Below, piece by piece: positions 42,236 through 61,130 of a DNA stretch of 64,000 nt. The position numbers and the translations under genes were made by a program. This DNA is from the human T2T-CHM13v2.0 reference genome, Homo sapiens. The stretch lies in the NCBI RefSeq assembly GCF_009914755.1, contig NC_060927.1, one strand, 5' to 3'. The notes under the pieces were generated by a model. It saw nothing but the letters and a program-made list of their open reading frames with translations. It had not been told where the DNA came from and searched no databases. Position 1 is the stretch's first letter, and every line of letters begins with the position of its first letter.

Positions 42236-42533
42236 GGCTGGGCACGGTGTCCCACGCCTGTAATCCTAGCACTTTGGGAGGCCAAGGCGGGTGGATCACG
42301 AGGTCAGGAGATCCAGACGATCCTGGCTAACACGGTGAAACCCCGTCTCTACTTAAAAAAAAAATACAAAAAATTAGCCGGGTGTGGTGGCGGCGCCTGT
42401 AGTCCTAGCTGCTCAGGAGGCTGAGGCAGGAGAATGGCGTGAACCTGGGAGGCGGAGCTTGCAGTGAGCCGAGATCATGCCACTGCACTCCAGCCTGGGC
42501 GACAGAGCGAGACTCTGTCTCAAAAAAACAAAA
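42236..42533 (+). mobile_element. AluY inserted in MIR-like sequence
   Basis: AluY-type positions; TSD agaaagaggc(t/c)gacctg. Confidence 0.95.
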
Positions 42534-43088
42534 GAAAGAGGCCGACCTGAACTGGAGCGTGAGGTCCTTCGCTTACTTGCTGTGTGATCTTGGACAAGAC
42601 CCTTGACCTCTGTGAGCCTTAGTTTCTTTTTCAATAAAATGGGGTCATTCAAAAAGCTTCCCTCCTAGGGTGATTCTGAGAAGGTGTGCAAGAAATTTCA
42701 GCTCAGTCTTTGTACATAGTGACCCCTCCATCAACAGAACTACTCCCCCTACTTGGAGGCCCTAGGGAGCCACTGCAGGATCAAGGGAGAAGAGTGGGCA
42801 TCCTTGTGTACCCAGCGGGCCTGTCTGGCCCATGCCCCAACATCTGTCAGGAAGGGCGGGCGTCATTGACCACCAAAACTGGGTCAATGGGTAAATAAAA
42901 GGAAGAGGTTTTCCCACTAAGATGTTTATCACTTAGAAGCAAGAGCAGACAGTCTTTCCACGCAAGAGCAGGATGAAGAATTTAAAACTGTGTTTGCCAA
43001 ACTTTCACACTCCCCTTTGCCATTTTCTCACATCTCTTTCCTGCCTGTTCTATTATTTCCTCAACACTTTTCTTTAAAGCAATTTTAG

Positions 43089-43408
<320 letters not shown>

Positions 43409-43499
43409 TAGTTTTTTGTTTTTTGAGGGTTTTTTTGCTTAGCTTCCTAACACAATACTATCTGTTAAATCAAAAGTTTGAAAAAATATCACTTGAAAT

Positions 43500-43960
43500 C
43501 CTTCTACCAAGATAAAGCCACTGTGAACAATCCAGGGAATATTTTTGTAGACTTTTCTGCAAGCATACACACCCATACATACGATGTTACAGAAATATGA
43601 TTATGTACCGTTTTGTCATCTTCTTAATTTGACAAACTATTATGGACACTTTCCCATGTCAGCAGAGAAAGCCACATGATTATTAATCGCTGTATACCAT
43701 CCCGGTGTTCTTGTGTGCTAACATGGGACCAGTCCCGTAATGACTGCTGTTTATATTGTGTCCCACTTTCCAGTAATAAAAATAACACTATGGTGAACAT
43801 CTTTTTGTACCCTGTGGGATGAAAGATTCTCAGAAGTAGAACTGCAGAGCCAAAGAATATGTACATTTTAAAGATTTTGAGTAAAAGCTACAAAACTGCC
43901 CACAGAGAGTAATAATTTGCATCACCCCAGCCATGAGATGCCAGTTTCCTTCACCCTCAA
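43500..43960 (-). mobile_element. L1ME-type fragment
   Basis: ttatggacactttcccatgtcag..., aataacactatggtgaacatc..., agaagtagaactgcagagccaaag. Confidence 0.7.
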
Positions 43961-44059
43961 CTGCCTTGTATTGCCCACGTAGATGCTAAAATCTAAACAG
44001 CCCAATCAAGAAATACTTATTAACAGAGAGATTTGAACATAATTGATTTGTGATGGTAA

Positions 44060-44355
44060 TTTTTTTAAGAGTCTTGCTCTGCTGTCCAGGCTGGAGTGCA
44101 GTAGTATGATTATAGCTCACTGCAGTCTCAAATAACTGGGCTCAAGCAATCCTCCCACCTTAGCCTCCCAAGTAGTGGGGACTACAGGCTTATGCCACGA
44201 TGCCTGACTAGTTTTTATATTTTTTGTAGAGGTAGGTTCTTGCTCTATTGCCCAGGCTGATCTTGAACTCCTGGCCTCAAGTGATCCTCCCGCCTCAGCC
44301 TCCCCAGTACTGGGAATCCTAAATACTGGGATTATGGGCATGAGCCACCGCACCT
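44060..44355 (-). mobile_element. AluJ
   Basis: ctgggctcaagcaatcctcccacc... Confidence 0.92.
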
Positions 44356-44511
44356 AGATTGTGATGCTAATTTTTAATTGCCTAGAGATTCTTGACTCTT
44401 TTCTTTGTACCTTTAGTTTGATAATAAAACTACTTTGGATCTGTGTAATGGAATTAAATGTATCGGTGGTTCACAGTGTTTGGCTAGTAGACCTGACTTC
44501 CAGAATCACTA

Positions 44512-44702
44512 CTGTTTTAGTTCAGGCTGCTATATATAACAAAATGTCATGGACTAGGCAGCCTTAACAGCAAACATTGATTTCTCACAGGTCTGGTGGC
44601 TGGAAGTCTGAGATCAGGGTGCCACCATGGCCAGGCTCTGGTGTAGGGCCTCTTCTCGCTTGCAGGTGGCTGCCTTCTTGCTGTGTCCTCACATAGCAGA
44701 GG
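44512..44702 (-). mobile_element. MaLR LTR fragment (MLT1)
   Basis: tgttttagttcaggctgctat...tttctcacaggtctggtggctggaagtctgagatcagggtgcc. Confidence 0.85.
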
Positions 44703-45062
44703 ACTGATGACTTATGGCTCCATTATTTTGGTGAATTAGTACTCTATTTTACAGAGGAGGGAGCTGAGGCTCAGCTAGTACAGGATGAGGCTCGGATGTG
44801 GAGGTGAATTCTAATTGCTTGCTCATCCTTATTCTGCTGTGCTGCCGAGATAGACCCTGAACTTCTGGCATTAGGGACCTTGTCTTGCTTGTCTCTGGAT
44901 CCTATCCCAGTGTCAACACAAGTTAGATCGCATCAAATGCAGTTGTCGTGAGACACAGTGAAGACCTTGGCATTAAATGACTTAAGTTTGAATTCCGCCT
45001 CTTCCCTTACTGGCTGGGTGACTTTGTCATTGGTTTTTATATCTCTTATGTGGAGTTAATAG

Positions 45063-45360
45063 GGCCACATGCAGTGGCTCATGCCTGTAATCCCAGCACT
45101 TTGGCAGGCTGAGGCAGGCAGATCACTTGAGCCCAGGAGTTCAGAGCAACCTGGGCAACATGGTGAAACCCTGTCTCTACCAAAAAAGATACAAAAATTA
45201 GCTGGGCATGGTGGTGAGTACCTGTGGTCTCAGCTACTCGGGATGCTGAGATGGGAGAGTTGCTTGAGCCCGGGAGGTCGAGGCTGCCGTGAACTATTGA
45301 ACGTGCCAGTGTATCCAGCCTGGGTGACAAAACGAGACCCTGTCTCAAAAAAATAAATAA
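45063..45360 (+). mobile_element. AluJ inserted in a MIR (MIR spans ~44950-45460)
   Basis: Dimer; TSD-like tg(t)gg(a/g)gttaata. Confidence 0.92.
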
Positions 45361-45462
45361 ACAAATGGGGTTAATAATCCCGACCTTGCAAAACTACTCT
45401 GAGGATAAAATGAGATGGTGTGTACACCCAGTACATAGTAAGCACTAAATAAAACAGCTATT

Positions 45463-45795
<333 letters not shown>

Positions 45796-45877
45796 TTAGT
45801 CCGCAAAGACCACTGGATCCAATAAGTAGAGCATCATGCAGTTAGACATGACTCCAGGGCCCTCAGAACATTGTAAC

Positions 45878-46210
45878 ATTCATTCATTTATCATTGATTG
45901 ATTCATTCAGCAACTATCAGTTGAGTGCCTGTTATGTGCAAGGCATCAAAATACAGTGTTGAACATGACAACGTCATAGCTCTTAAAGAACTTACCTTCT
46001 AGATGGATTAAGGCAGATGATAAAGTAGCAAGCAAATAAATCAATTTGTAATTCAAGTAGTGGTGGATGCTCTGAAGGAAAATAAAGTAGGCTAAGAGGT
46101 TAGAAATAACAAGAGAAGGGCACTGGGGAAGAGAGTCATTTAGACCAGTGGGTAAGGAAGATGGCATCTGAGCAGAGATCTCAACAAAGTGGAGTGCACC
46201 ACAGGAAGAT
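45878..46210 (-). mobile_element. L2 3' region
   Basis: attcattcatt...ttcattcagcaactatcagttgagtgcctgttatgtgc. Confidence 0.8.
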
Positions 46211-46819
46211 TTTAATTAGCAATGTTGGTGCCCAAAGCCAGCAACTGACAGGGCCCTCAGACCAGCTTTGTAATTCATGAGGAAGGGGTGTGAGCCAGGG
46301 CTGCATCTGGTGGCTCCTTATTCCAGTAAATTACAGTAATAATAGATGTAGGACCCTTTTGTTTCCACCTGCTAAGGCAGTACCTACTGTCAACATGTAA
46401 CTTCAACAAATTAAGACGTGAAACAGTGTTTCATAATCACAATTAGGCATTTCTGTTATACTTCATGATCAGAGGCTTAGGCAAGGTCTGACCCCCTCTC
46501 CAGCTGTGGCTTGTATCCAAGACCCAGGGCAGCTCCATGCCTCAGCACCGGGGCCTTCCTGGCTATGACCCAGAGAGCAAATGCTCGGCAGAGTCCAGAA
46601 GCTCAAGTCAGGAAGATAAATGAAGAGAGTTGGAATGGACAGGGGCAAGGACTGGGATTTCAAGATTCTCCACCACTCTGATTTGGCCAGGAGCATTCTG
46701 ACCTCTGCCAGGAGCTAAAATGTGCCTCCCTGTGGTCTGAGAAAGGATTGGAGTCACTTCATCCTTTAAGCATAGATGCAGAAGGCTAGGGCTACTGGGA
46801 CTATTCCTGTGGTTTGGAG

Positions 46820-46940
46820 AAGCGTTTCTTAGACAGGCTGTATCAGAATCATTGGAGGTTCTCTATTTGAAGTGCAGTGTCCGGGCTTCCTCCCAGACCT
46901 CCTGAATCAGAGTTCCCAGAATCTGCATTTTAACGTACGC
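46820..46940. mobile_element. MER5A-like fragment
   Basis: atcagaatcattggagg...cccagacctcctgaatcaga...gaatctgcattttaac. Confidence 0.7.
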
Positions 46941-47724
46941 ACTCCCAAGTCAGAATAGCTGGTTAGTTGGCAGTGGGGCTGGGGGAGGAGGGCAGCCAAT
47001 CAGAAGAATATTTGCTATTGGGATTGTCCTGGGAATGCCAGGGCACACGCTTGCTGTCCTGCCGTGAAATGGCCACCTCCCCAGATATGATATCCTTTTG
47101 CCTCATAGAATTGCGACAGGAATAAGGACAGGAATTTCAGAAGTTTGCAGAGTAGATTTTCCTGCTGTGAGGCAGTGTATGTGAGAAGGCTCTGCCTTCC
47201 TTCAAATGAGAAGGAAAAAGAAAAGAAAAAGCTTTATATATATGTATATATATTTTGGAGGCAAATGTGTCACTTTCAGATGGGTTCTTTTCCAGTCTGG
47301 GCACAATTTTCATTTCTCTCTGGTGAGTCATTGCAGACATTGGCTTTTTCTCACTGCCTCTTGTTAGCAAAGGACATATTTCATGGAAGGGCTGAGACCC
47401 ATCTGGGGCAGGCCTGGAAAATCTACTCTGCAAATCCAGGTAGAGGACCCACTGGGGCTATCACGGGGCCCTACACAGTCCTGTGCTGTGGGAGCCTCAG
47501 AGACTCCCGGCAACCAAGGCAATGGGCACTTTTCCCCCTTCCTAATTAGCCCTCCTTGTTAACTCACATCTTGCCCTTCCATGCGTTGTTTCTAGACTCT
47601 CTGGGCCACCATCCTGCTGGTTTTAATGAGAAAAAGTCCACAAGTACCTTTCGGCATTCATTCACGTAATCCATCAGTAGTATAGCATAGCAATTAAGGA
47701 CATGGGTTCTGGGAGTTGTCCTTT

Positions 47725-48270
47725 AGTGGCTCCCTGTTTCATCAAAGTCAAAACCGAAGTTTCTGCCATGACCACGAGGCCCTCCGTGATCTAACCCGTC
47801 ACCTAAGTTTATCTCCCCTCACTCACTCAGCTCCAGCCACACTAAACTCCTCGCTGCCTCTCCAACATACCATAGATGTGCCCACCCCAGGGCCTTTGCA
47901 TAGGCTGTTCCCACCTCCTGTGATGTTTTTTCCTGCAGATCTCTGCATGACTCATTTCCTTTAGATCTCCGCTCAAATGTTGCCAGATCACCTTGACCAC
48001 CCTATATAAACAGCAGACCCACTTCAGCCATCACTAACCCTCTTTCTTCCCCATAGCATTTATCACCACCTGACACAGTATTTATTGACTTGTATTTTTC
48101 TTTAGGATATGTTTCTTCCGCTAGAATGGTAGCTCCTTGTGGACGAGCACTTTGACTTGATTACTGTTATTTTCCCAACATCTAGACTTTGACTAGCACA
48201 TTATAGGCCTTTAATAAATAAGTAAAGATTGGTTGATTGAACGAATTAATGAATTCATTAATGAATGAAT
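47725..48270 (+). mobile_element. L2a-like 3' region
   Basis: cagctccagccacactaaactcc...ccagggcctttgcataggctgttccc...catagcatttatcaccacctgaca. Confidence 0.82.
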
Positions 48271-48382
48271 GCCTGGACCTGTTCCTTACTAGCTGTGTGA
48301 CCTTGGGCTCCTTAGCATCTCTGAGCCTCAATAAAATGGACATGGCTATAGAGGTTTGCAAGATAAAGGAGATAATACAAGT

Positions 48383-48728
48383 CTGTTTGTAAGCTTTAAT
48401 AAAATACCCGAGACTGGATAATTTATAAAGTACAGAAACTCATTTCCTCTGAAGCCTAGAAAGTCCAAGATCAAGGTGCCAGCAGGTTAAGTGTGTAGGG
48501 AGGGTTCCTTCCTCATAAATGGTGCCATCTAGGTGTCCTCCTGTGATGGAAGAGGTGGAAGGGACAATGTGTTCTCACATGACAGAAAAGACAGAAGAGC
48601 CAGGCAGCTCTCTGGAGCCTCCCTTATGAGGGCATTAATCCCATTCACGAGGGTGGAGCCCTCATAGCCTAATCACCTCCCAAAGCTCCAACATGAATTT
48701 TGGAGAGACACAAACATTCAAACCATAA
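48383..48728 (-). mobile_element. MaLR LTR (MST/MLT1A-like)
   Basis: aaaatacccgagactggataatttataaag...aagtccaagatcaaggtgccagca...cctaatcacctcccaaag...aacattcaaaccata. Confidence 0.88.
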
Positions 48729-50329
48729 TGGCATGTAAGTCCTTTGCATGGTGACTGGCACACTCAAAGCTCTCGATAAACGGTGGCTGCCCTGGACTCT
48801 TACTGCTTTAGACCAGCAAAATAAGGTAGAATGTGCTAAATAAAATCGAAGGTGCTTCCAAAGGACTATCACGTAAAGAGATGGCAGGTTTTCTACCCAG
48901 GTGGTTGGAATGAGGGAAGGCTCCTTGGCGGGTGGCATCTGAGGTGGGCCTGGGGCCGGGCAAGGGTCTCAGGGGGTCAGCGTGGGGTTTGTGGAAGGGT
49001 GGTATGGGAAGATGGAACAGCGCGAACAAAGAGGCAGAAGGGAGAATGTTCAGGGACAGGTCAGATATGTTCCCTGAACTCCAGAGGCTGCAAACAGGAG
49101 GGGGAGGGGAAAGCAGAATAAGGAGATGGAAGCATTTTTTTCCTTTCTGGAAGAAGAGAGGCTGGTCGGTGCTTTCCAAAAGCTGTACAGCAGTGAAATA
49201 AAACAAGAAGTCTGATTTACAGCCCCCTTCCTGGGGCAGAGTGCTTCACAGTTAGTAACGCAGTCTTCTGGGAATCATTTTGTTGGCAAGTCACAGCCTT
49301 CCTGAAGAGAGGCAGAAGTTATTAGTTGTTTATGATTCTGGTATTGAGGTCACCTGCAAATAACTCTGAATGGGATATCACATCCAAAAGAAACCAGTCG
49401 GTAATGGTGGGATTTCTGGGCACTGTGGCCTTCTGCTGTCCTATAGACTGGGAGGAAATTCAGAGCACAGGTGTCAGGGGAAACTAAGAAGGATGATGCG
49501 AGGGAGAAAGACTGAATGGTGAGCTTTGGAAAGCAGGAGACCATGCATTGTCATTCATTCATTCATTCATTCATTCAATGAACACTGAATGCTTACCATG
49601 TATAAAACAGTATATTCAGTCCAGGGGCCCAGGGGCCAGGACTTTAGACACTTTGTATATGTTTAATTTTCTACCTGATTTTTTTAAAGCCTTCTGTAAC
49701 CTGAGGAGGTTGGGGAGGCAGCATAGGTTTCATGTCACATGACATGTCATCCCCAGTTGATTTGTTGTGGCTAACCAGAGAGTTCTGATACTACAGTGTG
49801 GATTTAGCAGGATAAAATCTGGTGATGGGTTCATGATATCAGCCATGGGTTTAGGATGGGAGAATGGTAGGACAAATGCCACATATTTGCCACTGCAGGA
49901 ATGAATTCTATAGATACCTATAATAGGCTGACCTGAAGGTTTGCAACAGAATAAAAATAGTCTCTTGACTCTACATAGTTGGTGACTATGACATGGCTGA
50001 TCGCTTACCATGGAGAGCTGTGAAAATTCAGGACAATAAAGGTGAAAAGAATTGGCACTCTAGGTGATAACTCAGAAAGATAGTTCCCCTCCAAGAGGTG
50101 GTGTCCCAGGCTTTTACCCTTGTCTGATCCACCTGTAATTTAACACTTGTTTAAGGCATCTTCTCCAAATATTTGACTTTGCTCCCATGGAGACTTTTTG
50201 CACTCATATTTCACCTTATTGTGTCATGTGTAATTCATTCTTACCATATATAATACAACTAGAATAAACAAGTTTGGAAACAACTAACTTGGGACTAAGG
50301 TGACTCTTACTCATTGTACAACTGAATAG

Positions 50330-50693
<364 letters not shown>

Positions 50694-51548
50694 GGTCACT
50701 GTGTTTTACAAGTGGCAGGGGTGAGGGACTTTGACTAATTCAGTGAATCAGTTAAGTGAAGGTCAGTTAAGACAGCTCTTCCTACTAATACACAGTTGTC
50801 TTTTTACTAAAACTATGGATTTACCCTACACATACACATTCTGTTTTGTAGCCTCCTTTTTTTTTTAACTTAAACAAGTATTAGAGACATCTTTTCATGT
50901 CATCAAATACTCTTCCCAACAATATTTTAAATGGCTACGTGGGATTCCATGTTAGGGATCTATGATTTAATGGATCCCCTGTTACTGGACTTGCATGTAG
51001 TTCCCAGTTTGGGACTATTAGAGGGAACATTACCTTTTGGATCCCAATATGGTTAGTCGAGGGCCCTGAACACTCCCTGAATGGTGAGTGGTGGAAATGA
51101 ACATTAAAAGAGCATAAAGGATGAGAATCTAAAATGGTGCAGCCACTATGGAAAACAGTATGGCAGCTCCTCAAAAAATTAAACATAGAATTACCATGCC
51201 ACCCAACAATTCCGTTTCTCAGTATATACCCGAAAGAATTGAAAGCAGGGTCTTGAAGAGACGTCTATATACACCCATGTTCATAGCAGCATTATTCACA
51301 GCAGCCGAAGAGTGGAAGCAGCCAGTGTCCATCAGAGGATGAATGGATACACAAAATGTGGCGTATTCATACAATAAAATATTATTCAGCATCCAAAAGA
51401 AAGGAAATCCTGTGATATGCTACAGCGTGGATGAAACCTGAGGACGTTATGCTAAGGTAAATCAGCCAGTCACAAAAGGGCACGTAGTATATGAATCTGC
51501 CTATATGAGGTCCCTGGCGTACTCAAACTCATGGAGACAGAAAGTGGA

Positions 51549-51841
51549 GACCAGCTGCAGTGGCTCATGCCTGTAATCCAAGCACTTTGGGAGACCGAGG
51601 CAGGTGGATCTCTTGAGGTCAAGAGTTCAAGACCAGTCTGGGTAACATACTGAAATCCCGTCTGTACTAAAAATACAAAAACTTAGCTGGACATGCTGGC
51701 ATGTGCCTGTGATCCCAGCTACTTGGGAGGCTGAGGCAGGAGAATCACTTGAAGCCAGGAGGTGGAGGTTGCAGGGAGCCGAGGTTGTACCACTGCACAC
51801 CAGCCTGGGTGACAAAGCTAGATTCTGTCTCAAAAAAAAAA
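51549..51841 (+). mobile_element. Alu (old S/J)
   Basis: Full dimer. Confidence 0.92.
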
Positions 51842-51853
51842 GACCAAAAAACA

Positions 51854-52178
51854 GGCCGGGTGTGGTGGCTCATGCCTGTAATCCCAGCACTTTGGGAGGC
51901 CGAGGCGGGCAGATTGCCTGAGCTCAGGAGTTCAAAAGCAGCCTGGGCAACACGGTGAAACTCCATCTCTACTAAAAATACAAAAAAATTAGCCAGGCTT
52001 GGTGAGGTACGCCTGTAGTCCCAGCTACTCAGGAGGCTGAGGCAGCAGAATTGCTTGAACCCAGGAGGCGGAGGTTACAGTGAGCCAAGATTGCGCCACT
52101 GCACCCCAGCCTGGGCAACAGAGGGAGAGTCCGTCTCCAAAAACAAACACACAAACAAACAAAACCAAAAAAAAAAAA
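51854..52178 (+). mobile_element. AluS
   Basis: Full dimer with (CAAA)n-type tail. Confidence 0.93.
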
Positions 52179-52198
52179 CAGAAAGAAAAACAAAGTGG

Positions 52199-52547
<349 letters not shown>

Positions 52548-52994
52548 TCAGTAAATATAGAGTTTCAGTTTTACAAGATAAAGAGAGTTCTGGAGATTGG
52601 TTGCACAACAATATGAATGTACTTAACATTGCTGATCTGTACACTTTAAAATGGTTAAAATGGTAAATTCTGTATTATATATATTTTACACAATTAGAAT
52701 TTTTAAGAGAACAGAGGAATAGATATAGGTATTAAGTATAACAGCTGCTAAGATTATTAGAAAATGAGACAGACAGACATTATATACCACCTAGAGAAGC
52801 CAAGCCCCACCTGCAGTCTGACCAAAGGGATCAATCCTGAGCCTGAGCCAGTCTCTGGATTCAGCTGGCAATTCACAGGACGATCACAGGACAGAGCAGT
52901 GTGTTGAACAGAACCTCGAGTGTGCAGTCAGCAATGTCAGGCCAAGGGAGATGCAACAGTCAAACTTCCAGATTCTTTCAAGGAAAAAGTATAA

Positions 52995-53418
<424 letters not shown>

Positions 53419-53437
53419 TTAAAAGACACAAGAGTGA

Positions 53438-54139
<702 letters not shown>

Positions 54140-54240
54140 TAAATTTTCTTATAAATTCATATTGCCATGTCTAAATACCTCAGGGAGCAGTGACTCCAGA
54201 AAACCATACAAACCTAGCACATGAATTAATGGATTATTAT

Positions 54241-54382
54241 AAGAATTCTGGAGATGGATGGTGGCGATGAGTTCATGGTTGCGTGGTTGTGAATGTAGTT
54301 AGTATCATTGAACTGTGCATGTAAAATGGTTAAAGTGGTAAGTGTTTTACTGTAGGTATTTTGCCACAGTTAAAAATAAATA
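54241..54382 (+). mobile_element. L1MB 3'-terminal fragment (probably an inverted copy of the 56185-56654 element)
   Basis: ttctggagatggatggtgg...aaaatggttaaag...ttttgccacagttaaaaataaa. Confidence 0.8.
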
Positions 54383-54890
<508 letters not shown>

Positions 54891-54974
54891 CTTAATGTGT
54901 TGTTTTTTTTTTTTTTTTTTTTACAATAAATTTTTCTGAAAAAGGAAGGAAGTATTGGCTACAAACAGAGTAGT

Positions 54975-55190
54975 CACGCAGACCAAGGTTAAAATCCAGA
55001 TTCTGCCTTTTGTTAGCTCCGTGACTTTTGGCAAATTACTTAAGCTCTCTAAGACTCAATTAGTAATCTGGAAAAGTAATTGTAATAGTAATTACCTCCT
55101 AGCATTGTGGTGGGACTTTAATAAAACAATACCTATCAATCCCCTAACACCACGCCTGGCCTGGGGTAACTGCTATAAATGTTAGTTGTT
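54975..55190 (+). mobile_element. MIR
   Basis: gtgacttttggcaaattacttaagctctctaagactca...tataaatgttagttg. Confidence 0.75.
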
Positions 55191-56005
55191 TCGTTCCAAA
55201 AAGAATTGGACCTGGGTCTAAGAAACCCCAAGTGCCACTGTCAGCTCCAACCCTGACTTGCTGTATAGTCTTGGTAAAGCCGCCTGTCTCTGAGGCCGGT
55301 TACCTCATCACTGTCCTGAGAATCCCTGTCCTCTGTGAGAACAGTACTGCTGAGGTGCAGTGTCCTGTTTGTTGGTATGCAAGGGGCTTAGGAATGAGGC
55401 TGCCGGTGCTTGGGTTTCCTACAACCCAGTGCAGAGCCTGCAGCCACTCCAGCAGGCAACTAGCAAGAGGCGGTGTGGAGCTGCAGGGCTGCCCATGCAC
55501 ACCGGCAGGTGAAAATGCACCTTAGACACACAGCTGAGACGGTAAATTGGTTTCCGTCATCCTGTGCAGGGAAGATCATGCTGGTTTTACCCTTCTTGTT
55601 GGGCTGCCTCTTGTAAACCTTGTTTGCCCTCCTTTATCGGGCTGCGCTGAACTTAAAGAACAGACAAGTTGAGGTTCATTATAGCAACCCCAGGGAAGGG
55701 TGGCCTACCTCTCAAAGATTCACTTTTTCCCCCTGCATTTCTCTGTTTTATATAAGTAAAATAATAATGTACACATTATTTTGCTGCATTTCATGATTTT
55801 ATGATTGTTCTATGTCAATAACAAAAAAAGAAAACCAATCACAGAGACAGTCAGTTTTATTCAGAATCCTGCTTCCCCAGGGGCATAAAAGAGACGAATC
55901 CCCAATTCTTTAACTGAGATGAGAAGGAGAAATCAAGTTCAATGTTAAATAGACTCTCTGGAGTCACTACCCCCAAAGTATCTGGGCGTGGGAATATGAG
56001 TTTAT

Positions 56006-57022
<1,017 letters not shown>

Positions 57023-57856
57023 CTCTTTAAAAGTGTCCAGTAATCCTTTATTCCAGTGATGGTGTAGTTGTTCAGATTGTACAGGGGAGCATCTCGGCTA
57101 GATACCAGTAGTCACTTAATAGCTCTCTTGAACACCCACAGTCAGGAACTGGGTAAATAGCAAGGTGGCAGGAGGCACAGGACGGGGTGGGAGTGAGGGT
57201 GGGTGCAGCCACAGCTGGAAGTGTGCACAGCTGGAACTTCCCAGCATTGAGCAGGTCCTCATGGGAACAATTTATGAAAACTATGATTATTTTTCCATTT
57301 CCTAGACTCTGTGATTGTTTTCACAAGAAGCTAAGTGGTTTCTGTGTGATTATATATCCCAGGTGTTGTGTGGAATTTTAACTCAAATACCAAAATCTAG
57401 GGCGATTTGCCTATCACGCATCCATTTATTCCACTTCCTCCAGCAAGTTCACAGCACTATGTAAAATGCTTAGAACCAGTGGAGGTTTTTGTGAGTTCTG
57501 GAAAACAAGAGGAGGGAAAAATCAATGGAGAAAAGCAGGAGTGAAGCAGATAGCCACTGAGAAGAAGAAGACGGCAGGCTGACGGGAAAGTACAGCGGCC
57601 GAGTGTCTGCTGGCGAGCTGTGCGTCAGGGCCCACTTGCACAAATAGTAAGGCAGAACTAGTGGCCCCCTAGACCCAGGGGGCGTTTAGAGGTCCTGGGA
57701 AACATAAACTCTCCATCCTAAGACAACACTACACCCTCCCACTCCTAATCAAGGCCCTTACATTCCACCATTCAAGCGCATTAAATAATAGTTGTCCAAA
57801 TGTGTGGTAAAGGATTTTCTCTTTTCAGAGCCACTCTTTTAAAATGCAGACGCTCC

Positions 57857-58134
57857 AGCCGGGCGCGGTGGCTCACGCCTGTAATCCTAGCACTTTGGGA
57901 GGCCAAGGCAGGCGGATCATGAGGTCAAGAGATCAAGACTATCCTGGCCAACATGGTGAAACCCCACCTCTACTAAAAATACAAAAATTAGCTGGGCATG
58001 GTGGCGCGTGCCTGTAGTCCCAGCTACTCAGGAAGCTGCGGCAGGAGAATCGCTTGAATCCAGGAGGCAGAGGTTGCAGTGAGTCGAGATCGCACCATCA
58101 CACTCCAGCCTGGCGACAAAGCGAGACTTCGTCT

Positions 58135-58165
<31 letters not shown>
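57857..58165 (+). mobile_element. AluSc-like
   Basis: ggatcatgaggtcaagagatcaagac; ccagcctggcgac. Confidence 0.93.
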
Positions 58166-58475
<310 letters not shown>

Positions 58476-59368
58476 TTACAGAGCTCTCCGAATTTCAACA
58501 CCCTTTAGAGTTCCTCCAGCTTGACTGTTCTCTAGCTGCTCTGAGGGGCCTCTGGGGAGTGTGGGGCAAAGAGGGGGAGTCAAGTAGACAGGGCTCTGGG
58601 TTCCCCCACTCCACTCCAGCTACAGCAGCAAGCTGCTTCTGTCTTATATAAATTGTTACATAAACCAGTAGTTGCGCTACCAAGAAAAGGGGGAAAGGGA
58701 AATGTTTGAAAAATCCCTAATCTTGAGCAACCCCCTTGTTTAACAGAGGAGGCCTGGAGAAGTTGAGAGAAGGGTTCAGCGTCACACAGCAAATTCATTC
58801 AACAAATATTTTCTACTGTGCCAAACACACAGTAAACAAAGATGAGCACACAAATCCTTGCCCTGAAGACTGGGCCCTTCTCTCCAGGATGACTCTTCCG
58901 CAGCCTTGAGGGGACACAGAGGGCACTGTCAGCAAGGAGGAGGATGGCCTTTCCCCATGACATGTTCCAGCCACATCATCCTGACACCCCAAATATGATT
59001 GAGGCCATCTCTCCTGTGCATGCAAAAGAGAACACACATTTGTTCTCTTTAGTGTATTGTGCCTCAACCATCTCATTTCACTCTTTCTGAAGCCGTGCAA
59101 TGTGCATGCCTACCATGTGCCAAGCAGTTCTAGCATGTGAGGCTGAATAAGACGTGGCCTCTGCTCCCATGGATCTTCCAGCCAAACAGGGGAGAGAAAA
59201 GCTCTGCATAAATGATCACAGTACAGAGTCAGCTCTACACACTGATAGCTTATCAGCCTTGGAGTCTGGGTCAGGGAAAGAAGAGATACATCTAGCTAGG
59301 GGAGGAAGCATTAGAATAGGGCCTCACTTCTCTTTCCAAATTTCGGGTTAAGAAATTGGATGTTGGAG

Positions 59369-59762
<394 letters not shown>

Positions 59763-60099
59763 TCATCTGAAAAATGGGGGTGATAATTACAGTTCCCACT
59801 TCCAAAGGTTGCTGTGGGGATTGAATGAGATAACACAGGTCCAATTCTTATCCTCGATAAATATGCCCCTTATTTAAGGACTTTAGGGATGAGGTGAAGA
59901 TGAGACAGAAGCTCTTCAAAGGCTCTACCCAGGCAGGGAGAAGAGAGGGGAAAGTAGGCAACGTCAAAGTGGATGCTCCACTGCGGCTGCTAAGAGCCAC
60001 TCACAGGAGGAGTGCTGGGAAGTGCCACAGGAAAGGGGGAGCAGGGCCAGGAGACCAAGGGACCCCTTCAAAGCCAAACTGAGGACTTGGGCCCCTGGA

Positions 60100-60240
60100 A
60101 CTCATTTGTGAGTTCTAAAAATTTTCTTGTAGATTCCCCAGGATTTTCTACAAACAAGACCATGTTATCTTCAAATAGTTTCACTTCTTTCCTTCAAGTC
60201 TGGATGCCTTCATTTCCTTTTCTTGCCTAATCGCTTGGCT
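60100..60240 (-). mobile_element. L1M ORF2 remnant
   Basis: gtagattccccaggattttctac...agtttcacttctttcctt...tttccttttcttgcctaat. Confidence 0.7.
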
Positions 60241-60469
60241 TCTTTTAACTCCTTTTATTTTTGACAATGTGAGAACCAGGCCTGGCCGGCTGGAGTCGGA
60301 GAGAGGGACAGACTGCTCTCTGGAAGGCTGGCCAGACACGGGAAGATATGTAGGCCTAGTCAGGCGACTGCCAGGGCAGATCTCTCAAACTCTGATCTGG
60401 CAGGCACTCCAGGTAGCCCCGAGGGATGATCAGGGAAGAGGAGACAGGTGAATGCCTCTTTGGAGCACT

Positions 60470-61130
<661 letters not shown>

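Noticed and set aside
46960-47340. CCAAT box (cagccaatcag) plus AP-1/donor-like ggtgagtca as a promoter or first exon
   Set aside because: Isolated motifs with no CpG island or other support.
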